Shown: positions 52,851-64,000 of the stretch, in pieces
Numbering within the stretch: position 1 is the first letter of the stretch
Layout of the letters: each line of letters opens with the position of its first letter
Assembly (NCBI GenBank): GCA_977030845.1
Contig: OZ365109.1
Location: 50,840,001 to 50,904,000, forward strand
Direction: 5' to 3'
DNA: 64,000 nucleotides
Source: Fimbriosthenelais zetlandica
Lineage: Eukaryota
The notes under the pieces: generated by a model
Told to the model about the DNA's origin: nothing
The model's database searches: none
What the model saw: the letters and a program-made list of their open reading frames with translations, nothing else
Made by a program: the position numbers and the translations under genes

Positions 52851-54057
52851 ATATATCCACCAACGAGTATAAAATGAAGCATGTATGTACGAGCATCCCA
52901 CCAGTTGAGGATGGTGGCAGAATATTGATCTACGACCTGCCAGTGGGAACACACTGAAGACATGTATAGTAGGCCAACACCAGGATAAAGTGGGTCAAAA
53001 CCTAATGACCAGGACATATTATACCTTACAAATCATCAAAATGGTCACAGCAAATCTACTGCATACTGTATATTAATGTACAATATGTAAATACTAGCAT
53101 GGAACCATTATAGTATCCATATGGCAACTAAACAAACCATCAAAGACTAGGCCTACTTGTAGGGCACTTTAACCCTAAATCCCCAAGATGTAAATTGCTC
53201 CGGAGGAATAGATGAGATACATCACCTCCAGTGACTTTTACCAGCAAAAAACACCCAATCAGTCTGAATAGAAACTGCCAGGGCCTGGCTAGTTAGCTGC
53301 ATTTTAATTGGCACGCTGCCAAGAGAAGATCAATAGGAAATATTTGCTCAGTTGAGGTACAGTTTGTCTTCCTTCTACCGAGCAGAGCTAAATTACCCAA
53401 AAACGAAAAACAAAAAACACCCTTGGGGTTCAGGGAAATGTGGGTTGCTTATTTGTTTTAAAATCAACCTAAAGGTTTTAGGATTGAATCCATTGAATAC
53501 GACTGCCCCAGGGCGATTAAATTGAAAAAATTTCACGATCAATAAATGATTTGCCTTCTGCAATACAATGATTTTATGACCGCAAATTGCATTGAAAATT
53601 ACCATGTATTGGGGTATTAGAAAAATGCATGTTCACTATTCATAAATAGCGATACCAATACATTGATATTTAAAAGGTCTAATATACTTAAGGGTTTGCA
53701 CAAAAGCACAGTGTACGATTTTCCCTTTATAGTGCTAGGATACTGGGCAACACAAAAAATCTCAGACTTTGGAAGCATTTTGGAGGGGCCCAAACAAATA
53801 AAATTAGATGAAAGAAAGGACAGTATTTCTGGCATATTGGGGCCCTTATCTCTGCTAATTAAATAGAGAATAGGACCCCATAACATTACACTATAATACA
53901 AATTAGACTATAATCTTAAAATTCCAGAAATCTGGGACTTGCAACAAGACAAGCAGAAAAGAAAAAGAAAAATCAGATTAAATAATCAATAATCCTTGCC
54001 ACTGTACATGTATAATCAAGTACGAATTGGTCCAAAATTGAATTAAATATATTCATT

Positions 54058-54110
54058 AATGTAATATGTAATGTAATGTAATGTAATGTAATAGTTCATT
54101 TATATAGCGC
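54058..54110 (-). mobile_element. 3' tail of an L2-type LINE or SINE: GCGCTATATAAATG followed by (ATTAC)n
   Basis: The - strand reads GCGCTATATAAATGAACT-ATTACATTACATTAC..., a GCGCTATATAAAT motif plus short tandem tail as in L2-related retroposon 3' ends. A similar (AATGT)n run lies at ~52555-52580. Confidence 0.4.
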
Positions 54111-54587
54111 AAGTATCATGACTCCGCACTCTATGATCTATACATGTATATAATGTTGGCCAGTAGGCCTATATGGACAGCTATGAATTCTAACAAGACT
54201 GTGATGTATACAGGTCTGATAACGTTTTGCCCACAGTATACAGTTACAGAGATGCTGATAAAAATCATTTACGCAATGAGAGGCGGCCATGGCGTCAGAG
54301 AGAATCATCAAGTTGTATAAATTACACAGAACCCCCGCCAGTACGGACCCTGCCAGTGGCAGGCATCCACGGCTGCTTCATAAAAACTCAATGACGAGGT
54401 CATTTTATCAATGTATAATTTGCCGTGACTCCCTATGCATTCTAATGCATAGTGGTTTGGAGCCATTTTACTTCAACAATCCTTCTATTTAAATATTTTC
54501 AGTTGTATTTTCAAAGCCTGTTAATCCTCAAAAAAAGTTCTGTCTGTGAATTTTGGGATAATTCCAATTGCTGGACACTAATTTCTA

Positions 54588-54746
54588 CAGAGGAGTCCTA
54601 CTAAAACACCATCGGATAAGGCGTCCACTAAATGGTCTACATTTATACACTCATTGATGCGACCATCGGGCTATTGTACATGTAGGCCTGCAACATTTAT
54701 TTATTAGTCCAGACCAAAGGGTTGTCCCATTAGCGCGACTCCACTG
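54588..54746. mobile_element. CAG(T/A)GGAGTC... MITE, degenerate
   Basis: TA|CAGAGGAGTCC on the left, GCGCGACTCCACTG|CA on the right, and an internal GCGACC motif. Confidence 0.5.
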
Positions 54747-55094
54747 CAGATTTAGTGATATTTTCTATAATATTTTCTTACAAAACATAACCCTGTTAGT
54801 ATGCCTATATCTCTGGTATCTGTCTATGTCATTTTTACGCAACAGATCTCTGCGGGACATGTACCCCCGTGGCCTGAATCAAAGGATCAACATGTTCACC
54901 TATCAGTTGGCGGGCCTAGCCGGATCAGTGTAAATGTGAGCGGGAAGAAACGGGTGGGCTAAATACACGTGATGACTATTTACCCGACAAACGAGTAGGG
55001 CAAAGAAGCAAGGGCGGAAAAAACAATGAGTGTACATATGCCACTGGCTGGCCTCAATTCAAAACGGCTGTCTCCTATACACGTAAAGGCTCCT

Positions 55095-55142
55095 AATATT
55101 GAATATGGGGTATATCTGAATATTGAATATGGGGTATATTTG
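55095..55142. repeat. 24-bp tandem duplication
   Basis: AATATTGAATATGGGGTATAT occurs at 55095 and 55119. Confidence 0.85.
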
Positions 55143-56014
55143 TTAAAATTGACATAGGATTTCAACCCTGTCAATATATTAATAAACATTTATATAAGAT
55201 AGAATAAAATTATTTGAATACAAATCAATATTATAATACGAATGTAGATAAACAAAATAATTCATACAAAAAAGGATAAGGCACAAGAAAGAATGAAAAA
55301 AAAACTGGGCGTGCAACATAAAATATATCAGTGTTGAGGGAAACAAATAATCAAAATGAAAACTGAGATGAAAGGGGATAAATCAGGAAAATTCCAACCA
55401 TCTCAATATAATTAAATATCTAAAATAATATATAAGCTATTGACGTATCTTGGATTGTATCGATTAAATCTTTTTCAATGAAACTTATTCAGCTGTATAC
55501 CAGTAAACCTAGAATAACAAGGGGTGAGGCAACAGTTAGGAACGTCAAAGCGACCACAAATTCAGACAAACCTCACATCAAGGGAAAACTTGTTAACCAA
55601 GGCAACATATTGCTCACAACCATGCAATGACTGACACTCACTGTATTGACAAACTTTGATAGCCCAGAACAAACGCTGCAGTTCGTAAATATGCTGCATA
55701 TCTGCGTGAAAACGAGGAGCGAAAAATATATTGAAAATATTCCACAGAGTAAACAATAGAATATAGAGGAAAGTTATGAAAGAAACTATTCCTGTACTTT
55801 AATATGGAACGATGAAAAAACACAAGATTTACATTAAGTTGAAAGTGAAAAAATAGAGCACATGTTGGACTATACAATAAAACAAATTACCACACATTCG
55901 GAAAATTCACCAGAACTAAAAAATAAGTCTGTGAAATGTTTGTGCATAGTTGAGAGGGAAAGATCACCTACGTACATTGATGTCATGGATGATAATGCCA
56001 GTGTATGTGAAGTG

Positions 56015-56243
56015 TGGGTCGGGGAGGGGGCTACCCCGTGGGGGCTGGGTTGGGGGGGGGGGTGAGGGGATAGGACTGTGTGGGGGAGGGGATATGGGTC
56101 AGGGGGTAAGGGAAGGGGCAGTGGTTATAAGAGGGGAAGGGGATAGGGGTAGGGGCAGAGGGCAGGGGAATGTGTTGAGGGCATGGGATAGAGTTAGGGG
56201 AAGGGGTAGGTGTGGGGGAGGGGGTAGGGGGTAGGAGGTAGGG
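56015..56243 (+). repeat. G-rich tract with many GGG runs (G-quadruplex potential)
   Basis: More than 15 runs of at least 3 G separated by short spacers. Confidence 0.7.
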
Positions 56244-57846
56244 CTCAGAAGCGAGCACAACAGGTGAGCAGTGTAAGAACTGGAACTGCTCCAGACTGGC
56301 TCATCCCCAGAAACTCATGGCAACATTCTTTCCAGTTGCTCCCTGCATTGTATGAGCAACTCCAATTCCTTGGAAAACAACACCAAGACCAGCTCCACTA
56401 CGATACAATAACTCAATAATTCTGACATAACTGGAATTCATTCAGTAACAGATAATAGGTCTCCAGTGGCGTATCCAAAGCGGAGTTTCGGGAGTTACAA
56501 TAGAACCCCCCCCCCCCCCATCCCTTAAATTTTTCTAAGGAAAAAAAATGATTTTTCAAAGGTAAAAGAAATCAATGCGAGGTGGGCTTTTTGTTATCTC
56601 AATTTCCATTCATGCGTTGCAAGACCTGGATCTCTCCCTGTATAGAAATTAATTTTGATCATTCTGACAAAAAATCTATTTCCATTCAAATTATAGGCCA
56701 ATGTGTTATATTTTTTTATTAGGGTCTGCAGCAAGTGTCCACCTTTTTGCAGTAAAACTGAAGTATACTTCATTGTGAATCAACAGAATGGTATGTCAGG
56801 ATACTTTCAGGTGTGTTGGACAGGTGTAGTCTTGGCAGTGGGGAGTAAACAGAATCATTAAGAAAAGCTCGGGGTATGACTGAGTGAGGGGTATATGTGT
56901 AGACCCTCTCTGAGTTTTCTTTTAGTACTTAACACACCAAGACAACAGGCTGAGCTAAGCTCTCTCAAAAATTCTCCCTGTCCTCCCTATACCCAAGAAC
57001 AAAGAAATTTACCCTTCCAATAGTCTATATTTACTAACACCACGCGTGCTTCTCACACTAGGTAGAGCTTTTTCGAATGGGTAATAAAAAGTGAACTGTG
57101 CACGGAAGCATTATATACATTGCCTTCGCATAGTTCTATACACAGAAGATACCCGAGCTATTGGCTCGACAAACCGACTATGCATTCATAATGTTACAGA
57201 CTGAATCCTAGCATTTAACATGCCCGAGAAACACATGATATTCCCAGTAATTTTTATATCATTATTTCGATGACGATGTAAAATGTTTTGGTATGCTTTA
57301 GGGAATGCTTCTGTTCTTTGCTAAAAGGTCGGAGGGTTAGTATTTTTGGGGTAAAGTCTTTATCCAATTGACTAATTGCTGTCGACCAAATTCCTGGCCG
57401 TGGTTATTTTTTGTTTTAAATGTCATGGGGTTATTCTCTACCCCGTATGCTTCAATGTAAAAATTCACAATCTACTGATTAGATGTAAAGTTAACTTGTA
57501 TGTGCCTCAGTTTGTTCGTAGGAACTTCATTTCCAAGAGTAAAAACTTTATATTCTTGAATATTCGTATTTCAAGGCTAATAATAAAAAAATAATCTGTG
57601 ATATTGTCTCAGAGTGTTGGGTACCAGGTGGTATATAAATTATGTCCCTGAATATTATCACTCCAAACTAACAAACCCATAGATATTACTATTCTATTTC
57701 TATGATTTGATATAATTTGTCATGATATCTTTTCTCAGCTCGCCATAAACATTGTAGGACACTTGTCCTATCATAGACAACTCTTACACGCATATCAAGC
57801 AATAAAAATAATCAAATTAAAGATAAATAAGTATTTTATGGCTCAC

Positions 57847-58000
57847 CTTTTAGTCGATGTTCTGGGTTGTACATGATAAGCTCCAGGTCTTTCCTTCTAG
57901 GTGCCATGACATCCACAGAAGGTCCCGACCATGAGGTGGGTCTACGAGGCCTATCTCCACCACCTCGCCGAGTAACTCCTGAGGTCCTCCGGAGAGCCAT
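57847..58000 (-). CDS. Candidate coding exon (MALRRTSGVTRRGGGDRPRRPTSWSGPSVDVMAPRRKDLELIMYNPEHRLK)
   Basis: ATG in ATCATGG context, an open 154-nt frame and an AAG|GTGAGC donor. No good acceptor and no homology. Confidence 0.2.
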
Positions 58001-58750
58001 GATCGATGTTAATATCCTCCAAATTGATGATTAATCACAAATTGTATCCAACAGAGGACAAGAACATGAGTCCAGAGACTCTCAAGGGTCTGCTATCACT
58101 GCTGCTCCAGTCTATACTATTATATTTAGAAGCGATGGTTCTCACACTTGTGAAGCAAATCAAAACCATGTGGAATCTCTTTGTTATTTATGAGTTAAGT
58201 TGAAGGTAACTTCTTCACTTCCAGGTGGGATTAATAATGGTGTCCAATATACAGGAGGAGTGACAGGAGGGGTATCTGCAGGTGTTATAGATGATGGGTG
58301 AGTGGGATGAACTAATAGGTTAAGTATAAATCCAATCTTTGAAGTCTAGGGTATGCAGTTTACTCCTGATCACAATGGTGGTACCAATGCTATTCCTTAT
58401 GATACCATGGAAGACCTTCCCATAGGTTAGCCATCACTGCTTCCGAATGGTCCCTTTCTTCCTCTGCCACTTCTCCCTCCTTCTCTCTTCGCTCCCAAAT
58501 CTTGTCAATCGCGGGCCGAGCAACAGTGGGCGAAAAGCGGACCAGGTACATGAGTGAGTGGTGGTCCCAATGTTGGCAATGACAATACCAGATCCAGTAC
58601 AGTAATTGACTGCTATCTTATCTCAGCGGTAAGCCTCGTTAGACTATCGAAAGGTGTATTATAGCTCCCTCAATGTGTGGTACTCATCACACGGGGTTAT
58701 CTCACGGGGGTGTGGGCCTTGGAGGCCAAAGACAGGTGGTTATGACCGCC

Positions 58751-58852
58751 CAGGGCGGAGTAGAGGGGTTTAAAAACACCACCCCGGCACCACTAGCCTC
58801 CTAACACGAGCACCGCCTACCAAACATTCTAGTTCCCATCTACACCGCCCTG
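58751..58852. mobile_element. Short TIR element, CAGGGCGG(A/T)GTAGA termini
   Basis: CCAGGGCGGAGTAGAGGGG against the reverse complement of CCCATCTACACCGCCCTGG matches at 17 of 19 positions. No clear TSD. Confidence 0.6.
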
Positions 58853-60090
58853 GAGTACTGGTGTGATGGGTAACAAAGCTCATATAGCCATCTGGAGGCA
58901 TGTAGTAGGACAATTTCAGAGGGAATGATTTCCATAGGTCGGCTTACTAGCAGGGTTCCCACTAATGAATTTTCCCTTCTATGTATTTCCTGATCATATC
59001 TGATAGATGTAATCACTTTAATGGGCTAGGCTATGCCCAATTCAAGATTAAAATGATGCCTAAATATTTGAACCAGGCCTAACTGACCTAAATTTAGAGT
59101 ATATAAATTGTCCAAATTGGTCAGTAAACTATCATGTCAAGAATATAATGATCAGATAGTATACCTATAAGCTAAGCACATTAAAGTTCGAGAAAATATT
59201 TAACATGGGCCTGCCTACAATGACATGTAGCTTCATTATATAGGGGTTTATTTCATAGGCATATTTTCTTGATCATTCCTGCTCTCCTACAAAACATATC
59301 CTGACCTTTCCCTGATCTTGAAGAAATAGGCCAACCCGTATTCTTTTACCTGACCTTTTCTTGACCAGTGGGAATCCTGCTTAGATCAGAAATCCGGGCG
59401 TGAAATAACAGGTAAGTTTAAAGCCATTGATCCAGTGGACCCAATTGGATAAACTCAAGTCATATGAGCATCAAAACAGATTTCAAGTCCCACGCTGAAT
59501 TTGCGTGAAATCTGAGCAAACTCAACTGTCCTTTCATTTTGATGAAGTAGGCCTATAGGCATAAGCCTAATTGAAATATAGACCAGGATGGCCTGGGTTA
59601 AAGCCTGAAAAAAATAGTGTGAAAAAATAGACTGTGGCATAGTAAATATTAGTATGCAGAGTATAATTTATCCGGCATCGTATCGCATACGCGATACAAA
59701 ATCAAATAGGCATCGCAATTTTTGCGATACATGTTTTCTGCATTCTTCAGGTGGCAAAAGAGAAATTGCGATGCGGTAGTATATCTAAACCTACTATCAT
59801 TGGGCCTACTGCAACTAACAAACTTGAAAGCATAGCCTAGTAGGCCTATACCCTATGCCCTATAGGAATATATGCTACAGTATTATTAGCCTTGGCCCTG
59901 CCTGGAATAATGGATCTTGGCAAAGAAATAATGAGCGATAATAGGATTAGACCTAATAGCCTACTGGCCATGTCTGGCCTACCGCTGTAACCACGCTACT
60001 GATTCTGCAGAACCTTGAGATAACCGAAAAGGTGGACATAGGCCTCCGAAAAGCAGGTGATTTCATTAAGACAATAGACGGTAAGCTTAC

Positions 60091-60200
60091 CTGAGACAAC
60101 AGGTCCACGGAAGAATGGAAGGAAGATTTGACCTGAACCACGTGCGTGGAGAAATAGGGAGAGCCGCGTCGGTTGGCGCGTCCAACGACGTCCCGGACCG
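60091..60200 (-). other. Candidate first (probably 5' UTR) exon of a - strand transcript
   Basis: CpG-rich, begins next to the ETS motif and ends at a consensus CAG|GTAAGC donor at 60090. The 5' boundary is approximate. Confidence 0.4.
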
Positions 60201-60700
60201 GAAGTAGGCCTAGTCTTCTGATAGGCGTCCGCTTCACAAACATCCTGATCAACCTTTTTAAGATTTTGTAGGCCTACAAAAGATGTAGGATACACCTATG
60301 TCCGTTAGGCCTATTACCGAGGTGAGCAAGATCGAGGGACAGCCCAATTTTGGCATCAAGCAAAAAGAGGCTGGTGGGCCTTCTAGCCAAGAACTTATTT
60401 ATGGGCGTGGTGGGAAAAATGCCGAATTTTACGTGAAAAATAGGTTGCCCATGTGTATATATGCCTAATTAGTTCAATTCGGTCCTTGAAAGTTTTGGAG
60501 TCGGTTTCAAGCACATAAAATATTAAAATACAGTACCTGAACGAGTACGCCACCAACGTTGCCAACGGGGAAAACGGAAACTAACGAGAAAAAGGTGGGA
60601 GTTGTAAAGCTTATACTACTTATACCCGTTACAACGGACCAAGATGGCGGAAAAAAACATTATCGGCTGCGTGATGATTGGATTTTTCCACTTGTGCGCT
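60120..60700. promoter_or_regulatory. CpG-rich, probably bidirectional housekeeping-type promoter
   Basis: Highest CpG density in the window, ETS/GABP motif CCGGAAGT at 60198-60205, YY1-type CCAAGATGGCGG at 60639-60650, and divergent first-exon donors at 60090 (-) and 60322 (+). Confidence 0.6.
60298..60321 (+). CDS. Candidate short first coding exon (MSVRPITE) of a + strand transcript
   Basis: ATG at 60298 followed by a consensus GAG|GTGAGC donor, ~100 bp downstream of the ETS motif. Confidence 0.2.
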
Positions 60701-60802
60701 ATAAAATGTGTTCTCAGAGATTTGATGGGTAGATCAGACGTTGCATGTCTGGAGGAAGCGTTCAATATCTGTGTACTGTCTCGTCTAATAAAGGGAGTCT
60801 GG
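60644..60802 (+). CDS. Candidate first coding exon with hydrophobic, signal-peptide-like N-terminus (MAEKNIIGCVMIGFFHLCAIKCVLRDLM...)
   Basis: AAGATGGCG start context (YY1 motif overlapping the ATG) and 53 open codons. Possible donors at 60729 (GTAGAT) or 60803 (GTAAAT). Confidence 0.35.
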
Positions 60803-61986
60803 GTAAATTAGGAAGGAGGGCGGGATTTAATCAGGGCAATGGACTCTTAGGCTAATGCAGACAAAACATAGAGATGATTTTGTTTATAAATTTAAGTTAC
60901 AAACACCTTTCTGATTTAGGCCTAAGCCAAATTTAAAAGAAAGATGGAAGTTTGAAATCAGCTTTAGCCTACTTTTTAGTTTTAACCATAGACCTAAAGG
61001 AGATTTTAGGTCTATGTTTTAACGAATTCCGATCGTGTTTGTTGCTTACTAGCTGTATGAAATCTGTATAAAAATGTTTTTACAAGGCTAGGCCTATGAA
61101 TAATTTCAGGCCTGTATACCCTAGATGTAACAAAGGGGTAATTCGTCCTCGGGCTAGGGACAACAGAGGGATTTATGACACCACTTTATATATTGAATCC
61201 GATTAATTTCAAAACCAAGAAATATATCATGATAATCCTCTTTATTTCGCACAGATTTCAGGCCATATACATAAATCATCAATAACAAAGATATGTTCCA
61301 TCCTATACACAAGAATGATAATCGTAGGTGTGATCTTAATCTTATTTGTACACTACAAGACTGAGGCTTACAATACTCTGGGATGGCTATATTATATTTT
61401 AGTTTTTCCCTCCGCATATCATGTACGGGCCCGATTTACTGTTGTAAGAAAATACATTTCTTGTCTTCTACACGATCGATATAATGCATCCATAGACTAT
61501 AACTGTAACCTTTAATCAAGGGTAACATAAATATATTCATGAATGGAATTAGTTATTAAACCTAGTCTATTCATATTAGATTTATTTTTGTCAGGGATGC
61601 AACCAAGGCAATTCTAAATACGAAATATTTCTGGTAAACAGTCCTTTTGGTATCCTGTAGTTTTCTCTATTCATCAATTTACTCACGAACCATTGCCTGA
61701 AGGCAGGTAATTGCATTTAACATTGCCTCCACAGTGAAGATGTAGATCCACCTTGAAAGGTCTCCTATCACCAGCACATGGCCATTATAGATGGTCATTA
61801 TATAAAGAGCTCGTTAAATATTATTTCTTTGTTTTTGTTTCACATAGACCAATTTAAAAATCCAGTAAATCCAGTACAATAAAGATATCATATCATATCT
61901 GCTATCCATACTGCAATGTCAACATTGATGGACTGCCTTTGGTAGCTTGTGATCCATTCATTTGTTCAAATGTATACCACGTTTAA

Positions 61987-62145
61987 AGGGGCAGATCCAC
62001 TGAGGTCTTAAGAACTATTAAAGATAGTTTCAGATCCTTACACTAAGAAATACTTTGATTTTGCTATTATTCTTTAAAATTCCTTTTCAGGAAACATTAA
62101 GACGTCTTATACCTCAGGTCTTAAGACCTCAGTTGATCTACACCT
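61987..62145. mobile_element. Harbinger-like MITE, copy A
   Basis: ~27-bp TIRs AGGGGCAGATCCACTGAGGTCTTAAGA and the reverse complement AGGTGTAGATCAACTGAGGTCTTAAGA. Left flank TAA, right flank degenerate. Confidence 0.7.
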
Positions 62146-62249
62146 CTAAACTAGCATTGAGGTATATACACCTGAATAAATACACTTGTTTCAGATACGA
62201 TTTAAGCAATTCTACTCATTGTCTGTGCGCTGCACATAAACCATTTTAA

Positions 62250-62429
62250 TGGGGTAGCTCCACTGAGGATCTTTTGCTTTGCATGTGTTACGATTTTGTT
62301 GCATCTAGCCATTGTGGCTGGCCTCAACTGCCATATCTGCCACATCACTCACAAACAGATCACAATATTCGCAGATCGCAATTACACTCGAGGCAGATGC
62401 GGCAGAGAAGATCCAGTGGAGCTACCCCT
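62250..62429. mobile_element. Harbinger-like MITE, copy B
   Basis: TIRs GGGGTAGCTCCACTG(AG)GATCTT..GC at both ends. Flanks are TAA and GAA. Confidence 0.7.
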
Positions 62430-64000
62430 GAAGCTATGTTAGTCCAAAGCATAAAACACCTTTTATTAATTTGTTTTCTACATTATTGTTATAGGTTCAG
62501 CAAGACTTTGGGGCCATCTTCCGTCACATCTATGATACATACAAAGTCACTGACAACTTGCCCGTAATCTCATTAATAACTGGAATGTTATTTCCTCCAT
62601 CCAACCTCAGATGAATGTAAATATATAATATATACCATATTTAAATACGCAGGGACTGCTAAAAATCTTTGCTTCCAAACCCGCCTGATTAATTGCTTAA
62701 GCTGAGAACAGACAGTCTCTCCTCGGGCTTTGATCATTAATGATTTAACAGAGTGTTCCCAGGGGTGCAGTAAATATTTGTTTCACATGTTTTGTACTAG
62801 AGTATATCAATCCTTTGCTTGGCTACCCATGCATTGCAAGAGTCTTATTATAATATCAAACCTCAGTCACTTTCACTCAATAAGGTATACAGCCCATTGT
62901 CTTTGGGTACTAGCTTGTCATTTTGGGCCTAGAAAGGTTGGTGGCCTATGGTTTTTTAAAGCAAGGACATTTCAGAAATTTACAATAGTGAGTACTGTAA
63001 TTAAAGATATAGCCATGACCAGGAGAATAACTGACAACCTCCCATGAAGGAATAAGCACAGTTAGGGTTAAGGTATTTCCCTTTTCAGGTTAAAACATTT
63101 CAAGATAACTGAAAAGATAACAGTGAAAATGCACACACTATACATATGGGACAAAACCATAACATATACACAAAATAGTTGAAAATAGTTGCATACATGT
63201 ATATGTCACGGGCCAACAAAAACAAGAGTTAAGTTTTAGTATAACAACGAAAGGAGATCAAATTGAGCTCTTTATACCTCATAGAAAATAGGGTGTTCAT
63301 ACCAAGCAGATTAATCAAGGGATTGATCATTTACAGTACTGGATGCATTGTACACAATAGATCATTTAAGTCCGAAAATTGGTCATATATATCTATCCTA
63401 AATTTGCTTGGTGTGAACAATGCATAAATGAAAAATTGGGACTGTCAGAATTGAAGATTACAGAATTTTAGTCAGGATTTATATGTAATCCTATTTGACA
63501 AAATATAAAATAGTTAAGGATCTAAGAACGCAGCTGACATTGAAACAATTTAGGTTATACCCCTCGTTTGAAGAAATATAGTTCAGAGAAAACCGTCCAC
63601 AGGGACATAGTTTGTTACGAGAGAAACTGTTGGCCTAATAGTGAAACGTGACATCCACTCAAGTGATTTGAATCAACACACAAGTTGAGTGCAATAGCAT
63701 GGAACCATACAGGAAGACAATTTCAGAGTTTGAGGATAATTGAAAATAAGTATCAGAGAAAAAAAATAACAAGACTGTAATAGGCAATGAATAGTGTTTG
63801 TTTCTCGGTAATTCTCACCATTGTATAACAATAGCTGACATAAGTGAATACACCCTTCACTATTTTGTTCAAATTTCACTGTCACTTTCCCAGCAATTAC
63901 ACTTTCCATTCGTGTACTGATAGTGTTAAGCCTGAACACACGTCATAGATGTCTATAAGTGAAATAAAAGAGATACTGGGGATTCAAAACGCAATTGCTG

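Noticed and set aside
52592-53017. 141-aa - strand ORF
   Set aside because: Mostly translation of a CT-rich low-complexity tract.
53173-53435. Possible piggyBac-like MITE (TTAA|CCCTAAATCCCCAAG ... CTTGGGGTTCAGGG)
   Set aside because: The TIR match is short and imperfect, and the right flank is not TTAA.
53733-53800. KISDFG kinase-like motif after a strong acceptor
   Set aside because: Flanking residues do not fit subdomains VIb-VIII, there is no good donor, and no other kinase exons were found.

Overview
AT-rich eukaryotic (metazoan) genomic DNA, almost all intronic or intergenic. There are no long ORFs (the longest in the track is 155 aa), no operons, no CRISPR array, no intact rRNA or tRNA gene, and no protein family I can name with confidence, so no gene symbols are given. 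What the sequence supports: (i) many short non-autonomous transposon copies (a near-perfect PIF/Harbinger-type hairpin MITE at 3.5 kb with two relatives at 62 kb, a CAGTG...CACTG TA-flanked family, a CAGGGGCGGATC-type family, and a CCAGGGGCCCGTTTCA terminal motif); (ii) tRNA-derived SINE heads, an L2/SINE-like 3' tail and a probable decayed LINE reverse-transcriptase fragment; (iii) several local tandem duplications and purine/G-rich tracts; (iv) two CpG-rich promoter-like patches (15.9-16.25 kb, and 60.0-60.8 kb, which looks bidirectional); (v) scattered candidate spliceosomal exons inferred only from splice signals and open frames. The palindromes TAGGCCTA and TACATGTA are strongly over-represented, which suggests a marine invertebrate, possibly an echinoderm (inference). 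I could not identify a convincing previously undescribed biological system; the findings are leads, not discoveries.
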